Source: Alkanindiges illinoisensis DSM 15370 (lineage in GTDB: Bacteria > Pseudomonadota > Gammaproteobacteria > Pseudomonadales > Moraxellaceae). Taken from it: a DNA stretch of 32,000 nucleotides. The translations under genes and the position numbers were made by a program. The stretch lies in contig NZ_JHUX01000008.1 of NCBI RefSeq assembly GCF_000619845.1, positions 30,001 through 62,000 of the forward strand. Direction: 5' to 3'. The notes beneath the pieces are model-generated. The model made no database searches and was not told the origin of the DNA. It saw only the letters and a list, made by a program, of their open reading frames with translations. Shown in pieces: positions 17,041 through 27,731 of the stretch (its first letter is position 1; every line of letters begins with the position of its first letter).

Positions 17041-18018
17041 TTATTTACGTGACAGGCATAAAATGGCGATATCATCGGGTACATGCTCTGGCGGCTTAAG
17101 TCCATCAGTTTGCAGGGTTTTTATCAGCTGGTTAAACTGCTCGTTCAAACCACCTTTAAAAGATTCCAGCGCGCCATCCGAACAAAAAATTAATTGTGCA
17201 CCGGATTTCATGTGTAAATGCTGGGTCTGGATTTTCAGGTCGCTGGTTAAGCCCAGTGGCAGGCTGCTGGTGGTTAAAATGGCAGGTTCCTGTCCGGGTT
17301 GCAGCAAAATGGGTGGTGGATAATGGCCGGCACTGCACCATTCAATGTCATTGGTTTTAAAGTCCAGCAGGCCGCAAACCAGCGTAATGTGCTTTTCGGC
17401 GTTTTGTGCCACCAGCTTGTTATTGAGCTTGGTCACCAGTTGCATTGGGCTATAGGCCCGGCCATGAAAGCCTGCCATCCATGAGGTCAGCAAGCTGCTG
17501 GTAACACCATGTCCGGCAACATCAGCCAGATAAAACAGGATTTGCTGGTCATCCACCTGCCAGTAATCAAACCAGTCCCCTGATAAAAACGCAGCAGGCT
17601 GAAAAAATTGTTCAATCTGGTAGCCATCAATCTCTAGCGGACGGGGCAACATACGTTGCTGCAAGCGTGCCGCAGCAGGTAAATCGCGGCTATCCTGATT
17701 GCGCTTGTACTGTAAATCCAGCTGCTTGAATACTTCTTCAGGCTGTGCTGGCAGTTCATTCCAGATCCAGCCTGCCAGCGCGCCTTTTTGCCATGCTTTG
17801 GCCAGTAGAGAACCTTGCTCGGCTCTGGCCAGTACAATGGTTGGATTTTTCCATTGCTGGTTTAAGAAGGTTTCAACATCGGAAAAAACCACCAGCGTGT
17901 CGTCAACTGTAGACAGCTCATCAAGCCTCATTTGTTGAAGACTCGGCAATGCCCGTTGCAACTGGGCAATTTCTGCTGACAGGTCAGTTTTATAAATGAC
18001 AAGCATTGGACTAGGCAA
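17041..18018 (-). CDS. PP2C/SpoIIE-family serine phosphatase with an N-terminal receiver-like domain
   Basis: SpoIIE/RsbU motifs are present: FLSGDWFDYW, LADVAGHGVTSSLL, CSAGHYPP and FCSDGALE. The N-terminal 100 aa or so have a receiver-like beta/alpha pattern but lack the acidic pair after strand 1 (MLVIYKTD). The track start at 18018 is TTG, and an ATG at 18006 is an alternative. Confidence 0.85.
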   Translation of the reverse strand: MPSPMLVIYKTDLSAEIAQLQRALPSLQQMRLDELSTVDDTLVVFSDVETFLNQQWKNPTIVLARAEQGSLLAKAWQKGALAGWIWNELPAQPEEVFKQLDLQYKRNQDSRDLPAAARLQQRMLPRPLEIDGYQIEQFFQPAAFLSGDWFDYWQVDDQQILFYLADVAGHGVTSSLLTSWMAGFHGRAYSPMQLVTKLNNKLVAQNAEKHITLVCGLLDFKTNDIEWCSAGHYPPPILLQPGQEPAILTTSSLPLGLTSDLKIQTQHLHMKSGAQLIFCSDGALESFKGGLNEQFNQLIKTLQTDGLKPPEHVPDDIAILCLSRK

Positions 18019-18039
18019 CTGAAAGATTTAAGTTAGACA

Positions 18040-19173
18040 TTAAAACGCTGCATCCTGATTTTGCGCAGGCTCAGACCCAAAATCAGGCACGGCCTGCATT
18101 TCGGCTGCTGGTATTGAAGCGGGTTCCGTTGTTGATTCAGTGTCGCCAAAGTTCTGATCCATACTGCTACTGTTAGTGTTGCTACTCTCATTCATATCAT
18201 CTGGCGCATCGCCAAAGCTGGCGTCTTCATCGCCAAAACTGTTGTCCACGCTGGCATTTTGTTCATTACCTGAAATCAGGTACTGCCGGCGCTGCAGGTA
18301 CAGGTCACGCAGCAAGGCATACTGGTCACCTTGAACCAGATCTTCTACCCCGACAAATTTGGCGCGTGCATCCACGCCTTCAGTGCCCACTAAACCCCAG
18401 TAAAGCGAGTTCTGGTTCATATAGTGCACGGGACGGCCAAAGGTATCAAAAATACGGCCAGCACTATCGCGCAAAGTGGATGGGCCTAACACCGGCAGCA
18501 TTAAAAACGGCCCTGACTTTACGCCCCACTTGCCCAGTGTCTGGCCAAAATCCTCATTGCCCTGTGAGGCAAGACCGAGTTTGGTTGCCGGATCAGCCAG
18601 TCCCAGGCTGCTAAAGGTATTAACCGTAAAGCGGCCTAAACTCTTATAGGATGAGATGCCATTACCCTGAAGCAAATGGTTAACCGCATTCCATGGCTCA
18701 CGCAGGTTTGAAAAAAAGTTGCCGATACCGGTTTGAACCGGGGCAGGAACTTTATTCTTATAGGCTTTTGCAACTGGCAGTAAAAGATGCTGATCAAGCT
18801 TGGAGTTAAACTGGAAAACTTTACGGTTAATGGGCTGAAACGGATCTTTAACCACATCGGGCTGGCTGGCATTGGCATCGACCCGAAGCTGCTTGAGCGT
18901 AATGCGGCTCAGTGCATTAAAAGTAAAGGGATCGTCATACACATTAATCTGCGAGTCAGCCGCATTGACAGGCTGCACAGGGGGCTGAATCACTTCGCTA
19001 ATGGTTAAGGTTTGATACGCTATATTGATGTTTGGGCTGGTCTGATCAGGCGAAGCTGAAGTTTCCTTGCTATTGTTATTGATTGGCAGGGCAGGGTCGA
19101 TTGCCAGTGCAGGTGTAACAAATGCAGCATTCATGGCAGCAATACTGAACCAGCGGGCAATTGCAGTCGTCAT
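18040..19173 (-). CDS. mlaA: MlaA/VacJ-family outer-membrane lipid-asymmetry protein homologue, extended (377 aa)
   Basis: The MlaA core reads DPFQPINRKVFQFNSKLDQHLLLPVAKAYKNKVPAPVQTGIGNFFSNLREPWNAVNHLLQG...GQTLGKWGVKSGPFLMLPVLGPSTLRD. The protein has a signal peptide but no cysteine anywhere, and a long acidic C-terminal tail. Confidence 0.85.
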   Translation of the reverse strand: MTTAIARWFSIAAMNAAFVTPALAIDPALPINNNSKETSASPDQTSPNINIAYQTLTISEVIQPPVQPVNAADSQINVYDDPFTFNALSRITLKQLRVDANASQPDVVKDPFQPINRKVFQFNSKLDQHLLLPVAKAYKNKVPAPVQTGIGNFFSNLREPWNAVNHLLQGNGISSYKSLGRFTVNTFSSLGLADPATKLGLASQGNEDFGQTLGKWGVKSGPFLMLPVLGPSTLRDSAGRIFDTFGRPVHYMNQNSLYWGLVGTEGVDARAKFVGVEDLVQGDQYALLRDLYLQRRQYLISGNEQNASVDNSFGDEDASFGDAPDDMNESSNTNSSSMDQNFGDTESTTEPASIPAAEMQAVPDFGSEPAQNQDAAF

Positions 19174-19444
19174 ATACCGAATCTTCCTAACTTTATTTCA
19201 CGGCAGAGTAAGGTACTTTGCGCTTATTGTAAATTATTCGTCAGCCTGTTATAGCATATTCCCACATTACTCCCAGATTACTATTTGATGTATAAATAAA
19301 TTTTATGTAAGGAGTTGCGTGCAGTTATTGTGCTGGGCAGTAGCTTTGATATTGAATATTTTTGCTGCGGCATAGAAATTGCTTTCCCTTTTGCTTTCGC
19401 CTTGTGGTTATAATAAAAACTCATACTAAAAACAGGACATCAGT

Positions 19445-20965
19445 ATGAAGCTATCCATGGGGATGAAAGTTTCTGCTTCCTTATCCTTGACGCCACAGTT
19501 GCAGCAGGCCATTAAACTGCTGCAATTGTCTTCGCTTGAGCTGGAGCAGGAAATTCAGGTTCAACTGGATAGTAATCCCTTACTGGAAGTGATTGATCCT
19601 AGCGAGGAAAATCAGCGCCCTGCCGAGGCTACCACCAGCCAAAGCTCGACTGAGCAGGCTGAAAGAGAAGGAGCGGATTATGAAACCTCGCTCACAGAGC
19701 ATATGCAGGCCAACCAGCTCAATGACGATTTGCCGGTTGATACCCAGTGGGATGATATTTTTACTCATCAATCCACCGCACTGGCTACACCGGAATTTGA
19801 AGAGCGCGAAGATAATCGCACCAGTCAGGACAGCATCTGGGATCATTTGCGCTGGCAGGTTAATTTTGCTCACTTTAGCCCGATAGACCGCCTGATTGCC
19901 GAATGTATCATTGATGGTATTGATGAGCGTGGCTACCTGATGATTAGCCTTGAAGATGTTCTTGAAGCAGCGGTGCAGCAATTGCAATCACTAGGCGTGC
20001 TTAGTGAGGATATGGACCCTGCCGAGCTGCTGGAATATGACATTGAGCTTGAAGAAGTTGATGTGGTGCTCAAGCGCATTCAGAATCTGGAGCCTGCTGG
20101 GGTGGGCGCGCGCAGTTTGCAGGAATGCCTGTTGATACAGCTAAAGAACCTGCCGGAACACACGCCCTGCCGTCTAGATGCATTAAAACTGTTGCAGCAT
20201 CATGAATTATTGATTGCCAATGATATTAACCGGCTGATGCGGCAAACCCAGCTTGGGCAGGATGCCTTAAAAGAAGCTCTGAACCTGATTAAATGCCTTG
20301 ATCCTTATCCGGGGCAAAAGTTTTCTGACCCGGAGCGCGACCATCAGGTGCCGGATGTAATTGTGCGCAAGAAAAATAACCGCTGGGAAGTGCAGCTCAA
20401 CACTGACATTTTACCAAAACTGCGGGTCAACCCGTATTATGCAGGACTAATTCGCCGTGCAGACAGCAGCAGTGATAACCAGTATTTGCGCCTACACATG
20501 CAGGAAGCACGTAACTTTATTAAAAGTGTAGATGAACGACACAAGACCTTATTAAAGGTATCCACCTGTATTATTGAGCATCAGCGTGATTTTCTGGAAC
20601 ATGGCCCCGAAGCCATGAAGCCACTTATCCTGCGTGATATTGCCGAAGAAACCGATTTGCACGAGTCCACAGTATCGCGGGTTACCACCCAAAAATACAT
20701 GCTTACGCCGCGCGGATTATTTGAACTGAAATATTTCTTTTCAAGTCATGTCGGTACCAGCAGCGGTGGAGAATGTTCGTCTACGGCAATCCGTGCCATG
20801 ATCAAAAAAATGGTTCAGGAAGAAAATGTGCGTAAGCCATTGTCTGATAATGCAATTGCCGAGAAGCTACAGGCTGAGGGAATTGATGTGGCGCGGCGCA
20901 CGGTTGCCAAGTATCGTGAGTCGCTAAATATTCCATCATCCAGTGAACGAAAACGCTTGCTTTAA
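19445..20965 (+). CDS. rpoN: RNA polymerase sigma-54 factor
   Basis: Region I is LSLTPQLQQAIKLLQLSSLELEQEI, followed by an acidic region II. The C-terminal HTH and RpoN box read ESTVSRVTTQKYMLTPRGLFELKYFF and ARRTVAKYRE. Confidence 0.95.
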   Translation: MKLSMGMKVSASLSLTPQLQQAIKLLQLSSLELEQEIQVQLDSNPLLEVIDPSEENQRPAEATTSQSSTEQAEREGADYETSLTEHMQANQLNDDLPVDTQWDDIFTHQSTALATPEFEEREDNRTSQDSIWDHLRWQVNFAHFSPIDRLIAECIIDGIDERGYLMISLEDVLEAAVQQLQSLGVLSEDMDPAELLEYDIELEEVDVVLKRIQNLEPAGVGARSLQECLLIQLKNLPEHTPCRLDALKLLQHHELLIANDINRLMRQTQLGQDALKEALNLIKCLDPYPGQKFSDPERDHQVPDVIVRKKNNRWEVQLNTDILPKLRVNPYYAGLIRRADSSSDNQYLRLHMQEARNFIKSVDERHKTLLKVSTCIIEHQRDFLEHGPEAMKPLILRDIAEETDLHESTVSRVTTQKYMLTPRGLFELKYFFSSHVGTSSGGECSSTAIRAMIKKMVQEENVRKPLSDNAIAEKLQAEGIDVARRTVAKYRESLNIPSSSERKRLL

Positions 20966-21198
20966 GCGGGCGAATATGATTATTTAAAGGTGTCACCACT
21001 GCGGTGACATGCACCGTCCGACTCCAGGTTGCGCTTTGATTTTTAACAATAAAATTGCAACCATGAGCCGTATCTCTGCAAGGCGAAGAGTTTGTTCCCA
21101 TCAGGTTCAAATCGACCTATTTTCCTTTGGAGAAAAGGCCGCCGTTTGCTTATGGGAACGCTTGATTAATTAACGATAGTTAATGCGAGGATGGATTT

Positions 21199-21519
21199 AT
21201 GCATATCAAAATTAGTGGACACCACATTACTGTAACCCCTGCCATTGAAGCCAGCATTCTTGAAAAATTTGCGCGGGTAGAGCGCCACTTTGACCATATT
21301 AATAGTATGCAGGTAGTTTTATCTTTAGATAATCATCATAGTGACTGTAGCCATAAAGGACAGTCCAACCATAAGGCAGAAGCCATTTTACGAGTACCGG
21401 GTGCTGAGCTGTTTGCACAGGCCTGTGCCGATGACATGTATGCTTCGATTGCCATGCTGTCAGAAAAACTGGATCGTCAGGTCAAGCGCCATAAAGAGCG
21501 CCAAATGACCCGTTACTAA
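21199..21519 (+). CDS. hpf: Ribosome hibernation promoting factor (short HPF / sigma-54 modulation protein family)
   Basis: It contains MHIKISGHHITVTPAIEASILEKFARVERHF...DMYASIAMLSEKLDRQVKRHKER and occupies the canonical position downstream of rpoN. A strong SD (gcgaggatgg) lies upstream. Confidence 0.9.
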   Translation: MHIKISGHHITVTPAIEASILEKFARVERHFDHINSMQVVLSLDNHHSDCSHKGQSNHKAEAILRVPGAELFAQACADDMYASIAMLSEKLDRQVKRHKERQMTRY

Positions 21520-21533
21520 CAGAAAGTGAGGTT

Positions 21534-21562
21534 AAAAAGGGCTTATGATCAGCCCTTTTTTT
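21534..21562 (+). terminator. Rho-independent terminator after hpf
   Basis: aaaaagggct (21534-21543), the 7-nt loop tatgatc, then agcccttttt (21551-21560) extended by tt. This is a 10-bp stem with a U-run. The A-run on the 5' side would allow bidirectional function. Confidence 0.85.
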
Positions 21563-21837
21563 ATAGCTTTTAATTTTAAGTCCAGAATTGCATCAGCCTT
21601 CAATCATCTTATCTGATGAGTTTCAAATCAGGACAACTCATAAGGAATGTAGGGACCTGTTTTGATCCGCTGCCCTTATTGTAATTCGCTATTTAACAAA
21701 CGTCCAAACTGGTTACGTGAACCCTGTTTTTCTCACACAACCCGGCTTTTGACTGTACAGCTTGTAACCAGCATAACCAATTTTATGGCCTAGAATTTCA
21801 GGCACTGATAACGTTATAAAATTTTTAGGTTTTAACC

Positions 21838-22683
21838 ATGTACACGTTTGATATTGATTGCAGTTTTGGTTACGAAGTCAAGCAACCATCGGAGTTTATT
21901 TTTCATATACAAGTGGCCCATCATCCTTGGCAAACCATTCATGAAGAATTGCTACAGGTTTCCTCACATTTGCATATTCATGAGTATGAAGATGAAAAAG
22001 AGCTGAACCGGCTGTTCCGGTTTAGTGCGCCAGCAGGGCCAATTGAGTTGCGCTACCGGGCACGGGTGAGTGTGGATATGCCTTATCGTGATCCGGCTTT
22101 CCGTGAAATGGACATTGCCGAGTTGCCATCCGAAGTATTGCACTATCTACTGCCCAGCCGCTATTGTGAATCTGATTTGCTCAGTGGCATGGCGCAGCGC
22201 ACATTTGGCCATATCCCGCGCGGGTTTGACCGGGTGGAAGCGGTGTGTGACTGGATTAAAACCAATATTGCCTATGAAGTGGGTTCATCCCATGCATCGA
22301 CCACTGCACGTGATGTACTGGCCAACCGTGCCGGGGTGTGCCGTGACTTTGCCCATCTGGGGGTGGCGTTGTGCCGGGCACTCAATATTCCAGCCCGTTT
22401 TGTGTTTGGTTACGCCGAGTTTGAGGAGCCACCACCAGATTTTCATGCCCTGTTTGAAGCCTACGTTGGCAATCAATGGGTATTGTTTGATGCCACCCGT
22501 ATGGCGCCCATTGAAAAAATTGTCCGCATTGGTACAGGTACGGATGCCAAGGATGTTGCCTTTGCGACCATTTATGGCGATGTTGAAATGAAATATATGA
22601 AGCCATTGATTTGTGACCATGTGGATGGGCAGGCGCCTAATTTTGTCCACAAGGATCAGTTTATTGGCCTAAAAACCGCATAA
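21838..22683 (+). CDS. Transglutaminase-like cysteine peptidase family protein (N-terminal Bact_transglu_N-like domain plus core)
   Basis: The catalytic Cys sits in RAGVCRDFAHLGVALCRALNIPARFVFGY. His and Asp are in FHALFEAYVGNQWVLFDAT. Confidence 0.88.
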   Translation: MYTFDIDCSFGYEVKQPSEFIFHIQVAHHPWQTIHEELLQVSSHLHIHEYEDEKELNRLFRFSAPAGPIELRYRARVSVDMPYRDPAFREMDIAELPSEVLHYLLPSRYCESDLLSGMAQRTFGHIPRGFDRVEAVCDWIKTNIAYEVGSSHASTTARDVLANRAGVCRDFAHLGVALCRALNIPARFVFGYAEFEEPPPDFHALFEAYVGNQWVLFDATRMAPIEKIVRIGTGTDAKDVAFATIYGDVEMKYMKPLICDHVDGQAPNFVHKDQFIGLKTA

Positions 22684-22759
22684 CACTGAGATAATATCGG
22701 CCAGCGCTATTAAAACCGACAAAAACCTATAGAAATAGTAGCGCACACTGGACGTTTTG

Positions 22760-22801
22760 GATTGGGCAGAGTAACCTTTCGCCCAATCTTTTATCTATTT
22801 T
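22760..22801 (+). terminator. Candidate rho-independent terminator after the transglutaminase-like gene
   Basis: gattgggc (22760-22767) pairs with gcccaatc (22781-22788) across a 13-nt loop. The T-rich tract ttttatctatttt follows. The long loop lowers confidence. Confidence 0.5.
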
Positions 22802-22842
22802 AGAATCTTTTCCATTACCGTTTCTTCATGTAGGGGTTTGCA

Positions 22843-24361
<1,519 letters not shown>

Positions 24362-24402
24362 CAGGCAATTGTTGATCAGCAGTTGCGCTGAATCATGCCA
24401 AT

Positions 24403-25086
24403 TTGAACAAGAAGGGTAATGACGTGTCAGATGTACTCGGTAATTTTGATCATGGCTTAACGCTGGCATTAAGCAAGGGCCGTATTTTAAAGGAAACATT
24501 GCCACTGCTGGCCAATGCCAACATTGCCTTGCTGGAAGACCCTGAGCATTCCCGCAAGCTGATTTTCCCGACCACTCATCCCAACGTCCGTATTTTGATC
24601 CTGCGCGCTAGTGATGTACCCACCTATGTGGAAAATGGTGCTGCCGATATTGGCGTGGCTGGCAAAGACGTATTGATGGAACATGGCGCGCATAACGTTT
24701 ACGAACTACTGGATTTGAAAATTGCGCGTTGCCGCCTGATGACAGCCGGTAAGGTAGGTGCAGTGCGTCCGGCAGGCCGCCTCAAAATCGCTACCAAATA
24801 TGTCAACCTGACCCGGCAATATTTTGCAAGCCTTGGTGAGCAGGTGGACGTCATTAAACTGTATGGGTCCATGGAGCTTGCACCACTGGTAGGGTTGGGC
24901 GACTTGATTGTGGATGTGGTAGATACTGGCAATACCTTGCGTGCCAATGGCCTGGAGCCATTAGAGGAAATTTGCAAAGTTTCGTCACGCCTGATTGTCA
25001 ACAAGGCCAGTTTTAAGCGCAAGCAAGCCGTGCTGGGTCCCATTCTGGCGCAACTGGAACAAGCGGTTGCTGCCAAGTCTGCTTAA
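24403..25086 (+). CDS. hisG: ATP phosphoribosyltransferase, short form (HisG-S)
   Basis: It contains [18 protein letters not shown]...[28 protein letters not shown]...[15 protein letters not shown]. At about 220-227 aa it lacks the C-terminal regulatory domain of long HisG. The start is either TTG at 24403 or GTG at 24424. Confidence 0.93.
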   Translation: MNKKGNDVSDVLGNFDHGLTLALSKGRILKETLPLLANANIALLEDPEHSRKLIFPTTHPNVRILILRASDVPTYVENGAADIGVAGKDVLMEHGAHNVYELLDLKIARCRLMTAGKVGAVRPAGRLKIATKYVNLTRQYFASLGEQVDVIKLYGSMELAPLVGLGDLIVDVVDTGNTLRANGLEPLEEICKVSSRLIVNKASFKRKQAVLGPILAQLEQAVAAKSA

Positions 25087-25108
25087 GTAGCATGAAATAA
25101 ACCAAACT

Positions 25109-25138
25109 GCATCGATGTTTTTAATGCATCGGTGCTTT
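25109..25138 (+). terminator. Intercistronic hairpin between hisG and hisD (possible partial terminator or processing site)
   Basis: gcatcgatg (25109-25117) pairs with catcggtgc (25127-25135). The stem is 9 bp with one G-U pair and a 9-nt loop, followed only by the short run tttca. Confidence 0.35.
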
Positions 25139-25246
25139 CAATGGTCCGGTGCAGAATTTCCTATCATCACCCATGCTTAAAACTGCCACAAGATCAGCCA
25201 AACACGCTAAACTATGCGTTTGCTTATCATTGTGGAAGTGATGACA

Positions 25247-26533
25247 ATGCGTCGTTTGTCAACCCGGGATGCCAGTTTTCAGCAGCGGTTTTCTGCGCTA
25301 CTGGCCTTTGAAACTGTTAATGATCCTGCGTTAATTCAAACTGTTGACCAGATTATTGCTCAGGTACGTGAACTGGGTAATGCCCATGTGCTGGCCCTGA
25401 CCCAGCAATTTGACCAGCATCCCGCCCAGCACTTTGATGAGCTAGAATTATCTGCTAGCCAATTGCAGCAGGCTTTTGAGCAGCTTGAACCTACAGTGCG
25501 CAATGCACTGGAACTGGCTGCTAGCCGGATTCGTGAGTTTCACCAGCGTCAGGTTCAGCCTGACTGGCAATATGTTGATGCACTCGGTAATACATTAGGC
25601 CAAAAAGTTACGCCACTGGATCGTGTCGGGATTTATGTGCCTGGCGGCAAGGCTTCTTATCCCTCTTCAGTATTGATGAATGCCATTCCCGCGGCAGTTG
25701 CTGGCGTACAAGAAATCATCATGGTGGTGCCAGCGCCAAAAGGCGAGTTAAATCCGCTGGTACTGGCTGCCGCGCATCTGGCTGGCGTGCATCGCGTGCT
25801 GACGATTGGTGGTGCCCAAGCCGTGGCTGCATTGGCTTATGGCACAGAAACCATTGCCCCCGTGGATAAAATTACTGGCCCCGGTAACCGTTTTGTGGCT
25901 GCGGCCAAGCGTGCTGTGTTCGGTCAGGTTGGCATTGACATGATTGCTGGCCCTTCAGAAATTCTGGTGTATGCCGAAGGCCAAAATAACCCGCAATGGC
26001 TGGCGATGGATTTGCTGTCACAGGCTGAACATGATGAAGTGGCGCAGTCCATTTTCATTACGCCGGACGCCGAATTACTGGAGCAAGTTGCACAGGCCAT
26101 TGAAGCGCATCTGGTCACATTGCCACGCGCTGAAATTGCCAAAACATCGTTGCAAAACCGCGGTGCGCTGGTGCTGGTTAAGGATCGCGCTGAAGCAATA
26201 CAGTTGATTAATCAGGTTGCCCCGGAGCACCTTGAGCTGTGTATGGATGAGCCGGAGCAGCTGCTGCCGCAAATTCGCCATGCCGGTGCCATCTTTATGG
26301 GGCGCTATAGCCCCGAAGCCATTGGAGACTACTGCGCTGGGCCAAATCATGTGTTACCCACTTCAGGCACAGCGCGGTTTTCTTCGCCGCTTGGCGTCTA
26401 TGACTTTCAAAAGCGCAGCAGCATTATTTATTGCTCGCCGGAGGGCAGTAAGTCACTGGCGCAAGCTGCTGATGTACTGGCGCAGCAGGAAGGCCTGGAA
26501 GCACATGCGGGTTCAGCACGTTACCGTAGCTAA
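25247..26533 (+). CDS. hisD: Histidinol dehydrogenase
   Basis: It contains [47 protein letters not shown] and [28 protein letters not shown]. The track ORF begins at 25214. The ATG at 25247 (MRRLSTRD) gives the typical length of about 428 aa, and 25241 is another option. Confidence 0.95.
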   Translation: MRRLSTRDASFQQRFSALLAFETVNDPALIQTVDQIIAQVRELGNAHVLALTQQFDQHPAQHFDELELSASQLQQAFEQLEPTVRNALELAASRIREFHQRQVQPDWQYVDALGNTLGQKVTPLDRVGIYVPGGKASYPSSVLMNAIPAAVAGVQEIIMVVPAPKGELNPLVLAAAHLAGVHRVLTIGGAQAVAALAYGTETIAPVDKITGPGNRFVAAAKRAVFGQVGIDMIAGPSEILVYAEGQNNPQWLAMDLLSQAEHDEVAQSIFITPDAELLEQVAQAIEAHLVTLPRAEIAKTSLQNRGALVLVKDRAEAIQLINQVAPEHLELCMDEPEQLLPQIRHAGAIFMGRYSPEAIGDYCAGPNHVLPTSGTARFSSPLGVYDFQKRSSIIYCSPEGSKSLAQAADVLAQQEGLEAHAGSARYRS

Positions 26534-26630
26534 TTAAATGATAGAGATACCTAGTCCCGTATTAAGAGGCTAGGGGTTTGAAGCACACTGCTTTAAAGCA
26601 ATGACTTAAAAATATTTAGAGACAAGAAGC

Positions 26631-27731
26631 ATGACCACCCAGCACATCAGTTCCCATCTGCAACGCCTGTGGAGTCCAGAAGTTCGTACGCTGGAACCTT
26701 ATGTGCCCGGTGAACAACCCAAAATTGATAATCTGCTCAAGCTCAACACCAATGAAAGCCCTTTTCCACCTTCACCGAAAGTGGCAGAAGCCATTATCAA
26801 AGTGTTAAATGAGCAAACTGAACCGGGTAATAGCCTGCGCCTCTATCCTGATCCCGATGCCAGTGCGCTTAAGCAAGCCATTGCAGCCCAGCAGAAACTG
26901 CCGGTTGAGCAGGTGTTTGTTGGTAATGGTTCTGATGAAGTCTTGGCACATATTTTTAAGGCATTCTTTATTCAGGATAAGCCCATTTTATACCCGGATA
27001 TCAGCTATAGTTTTTACCCGGTATATTCACAGTTCTTCAATTTAAACGTCGTTGAAGTGCCACTGGCTGATGACTTTTCCATTGATGTCACTGGTTATCA
27101 ACAGCCAAATGGCGGCATTATTTTTGCCAATCCCAATGCACCCACTGGAGTATTTTTGCCGCTGGCTAAAATTGAAGTAATCTTGCAGCAAAATCCAGAC
27201 AGTGTGGTGGTGGTAGATGAAGCCTATGTGGATTTTGGCGGACAGTCAGCCACGAGTTTAATTAACAAATATGATAATTTGGTAGTATGTCAGACCACCT
27301 CAAAATCCCGTGCATTGGCAGGATTGCGCATAGGCATGGCTTTTGCCCAGCCGCATTTAATTGCAGCACTGGAGCGGGTAAAAAACAGTTTTAACTCCTA
27401 TCCGATGGATCGACTGGCCATTGCAGGCGGGGTGGCTTCTTTTGAAGATCAAGCCTATTTTGAGCAAACTTGTCAGCAAACCATTGATAACCGTGAACAA
27501 TTGGTCGCACAGTTAGTTGCATTGGGTTTTGAGGTACTTCCTTCTAAAGCCAACTTTATTTTCACTCAGCATCATCAGTATGCTGCTATGGAAATTGCCG
27601 CCAAATTGCGTGAGGTTGGCATTATCGTACGGCATTTTAACAAGCCAAAAATCCATAATTTTTTACGCATTACCATTGGCACCATTGAACAACAGCAACG
27701 CCTAATTGATCGCTTAAATCAAATCATTTAA
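26631..27731 (+). CDS. hisC: Histidinol-phosphate aminotransferase
   Basis: It has the class-II aminotransferase pattern LNTNESPFPPSP, VFVGNGSDEVL and VVVDEAYVDF, with the PLP lysine in TTSKSRALAGLRIG. Confidence 0.93.
   Translation: MTTQHISSHLQRLWSPEVRTLEPYVPGEQPKIDNLLKLNTNESPFPPSPKVAEAIIKVLNEQTEPGNSLRLYPDPDASALKQAIAAQQKLPVEQVFVGNGSDEVLAHIFKAFFIQDKPILYPDISYSFYPVYSQFFNLNVVEVPLADDFSIDVTGYQQPNGGIIFANPNAPTGVFLPLAKIEVILQQNPDSVVVVDEAYVDFGGQSATSLINKYDNLVVCQTTSKSRALAGLRIGMAFAQPHLIAALERVKNSFNSYPMDRLAIAGGVASFEDQAYFEQTCQQTIDNREQLVAQLVALGFEVLPSKANFIFTQHHQYAAMEIAAKLREVGIIVRHFNKPKIHNFLRITIGTIEQQQRLIDRLNQII

Noticed and set aside
21613-21620. CTGATGAG, the hammerhead-ribozyme core box, in the hpf-downstream intergenic region
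   Set aside because: There is no downstream GAAA box, no stem II/III pairing and no cleavage-site context. It is an isolated 8-mer, most likely chance.
24362-24423. Possible histidine-codon leader peptide or attenuator upstream of hisG
   Set aside because: There is no run of His codons and no alternative hairpins in the 60-nt murA-hisG spacer.
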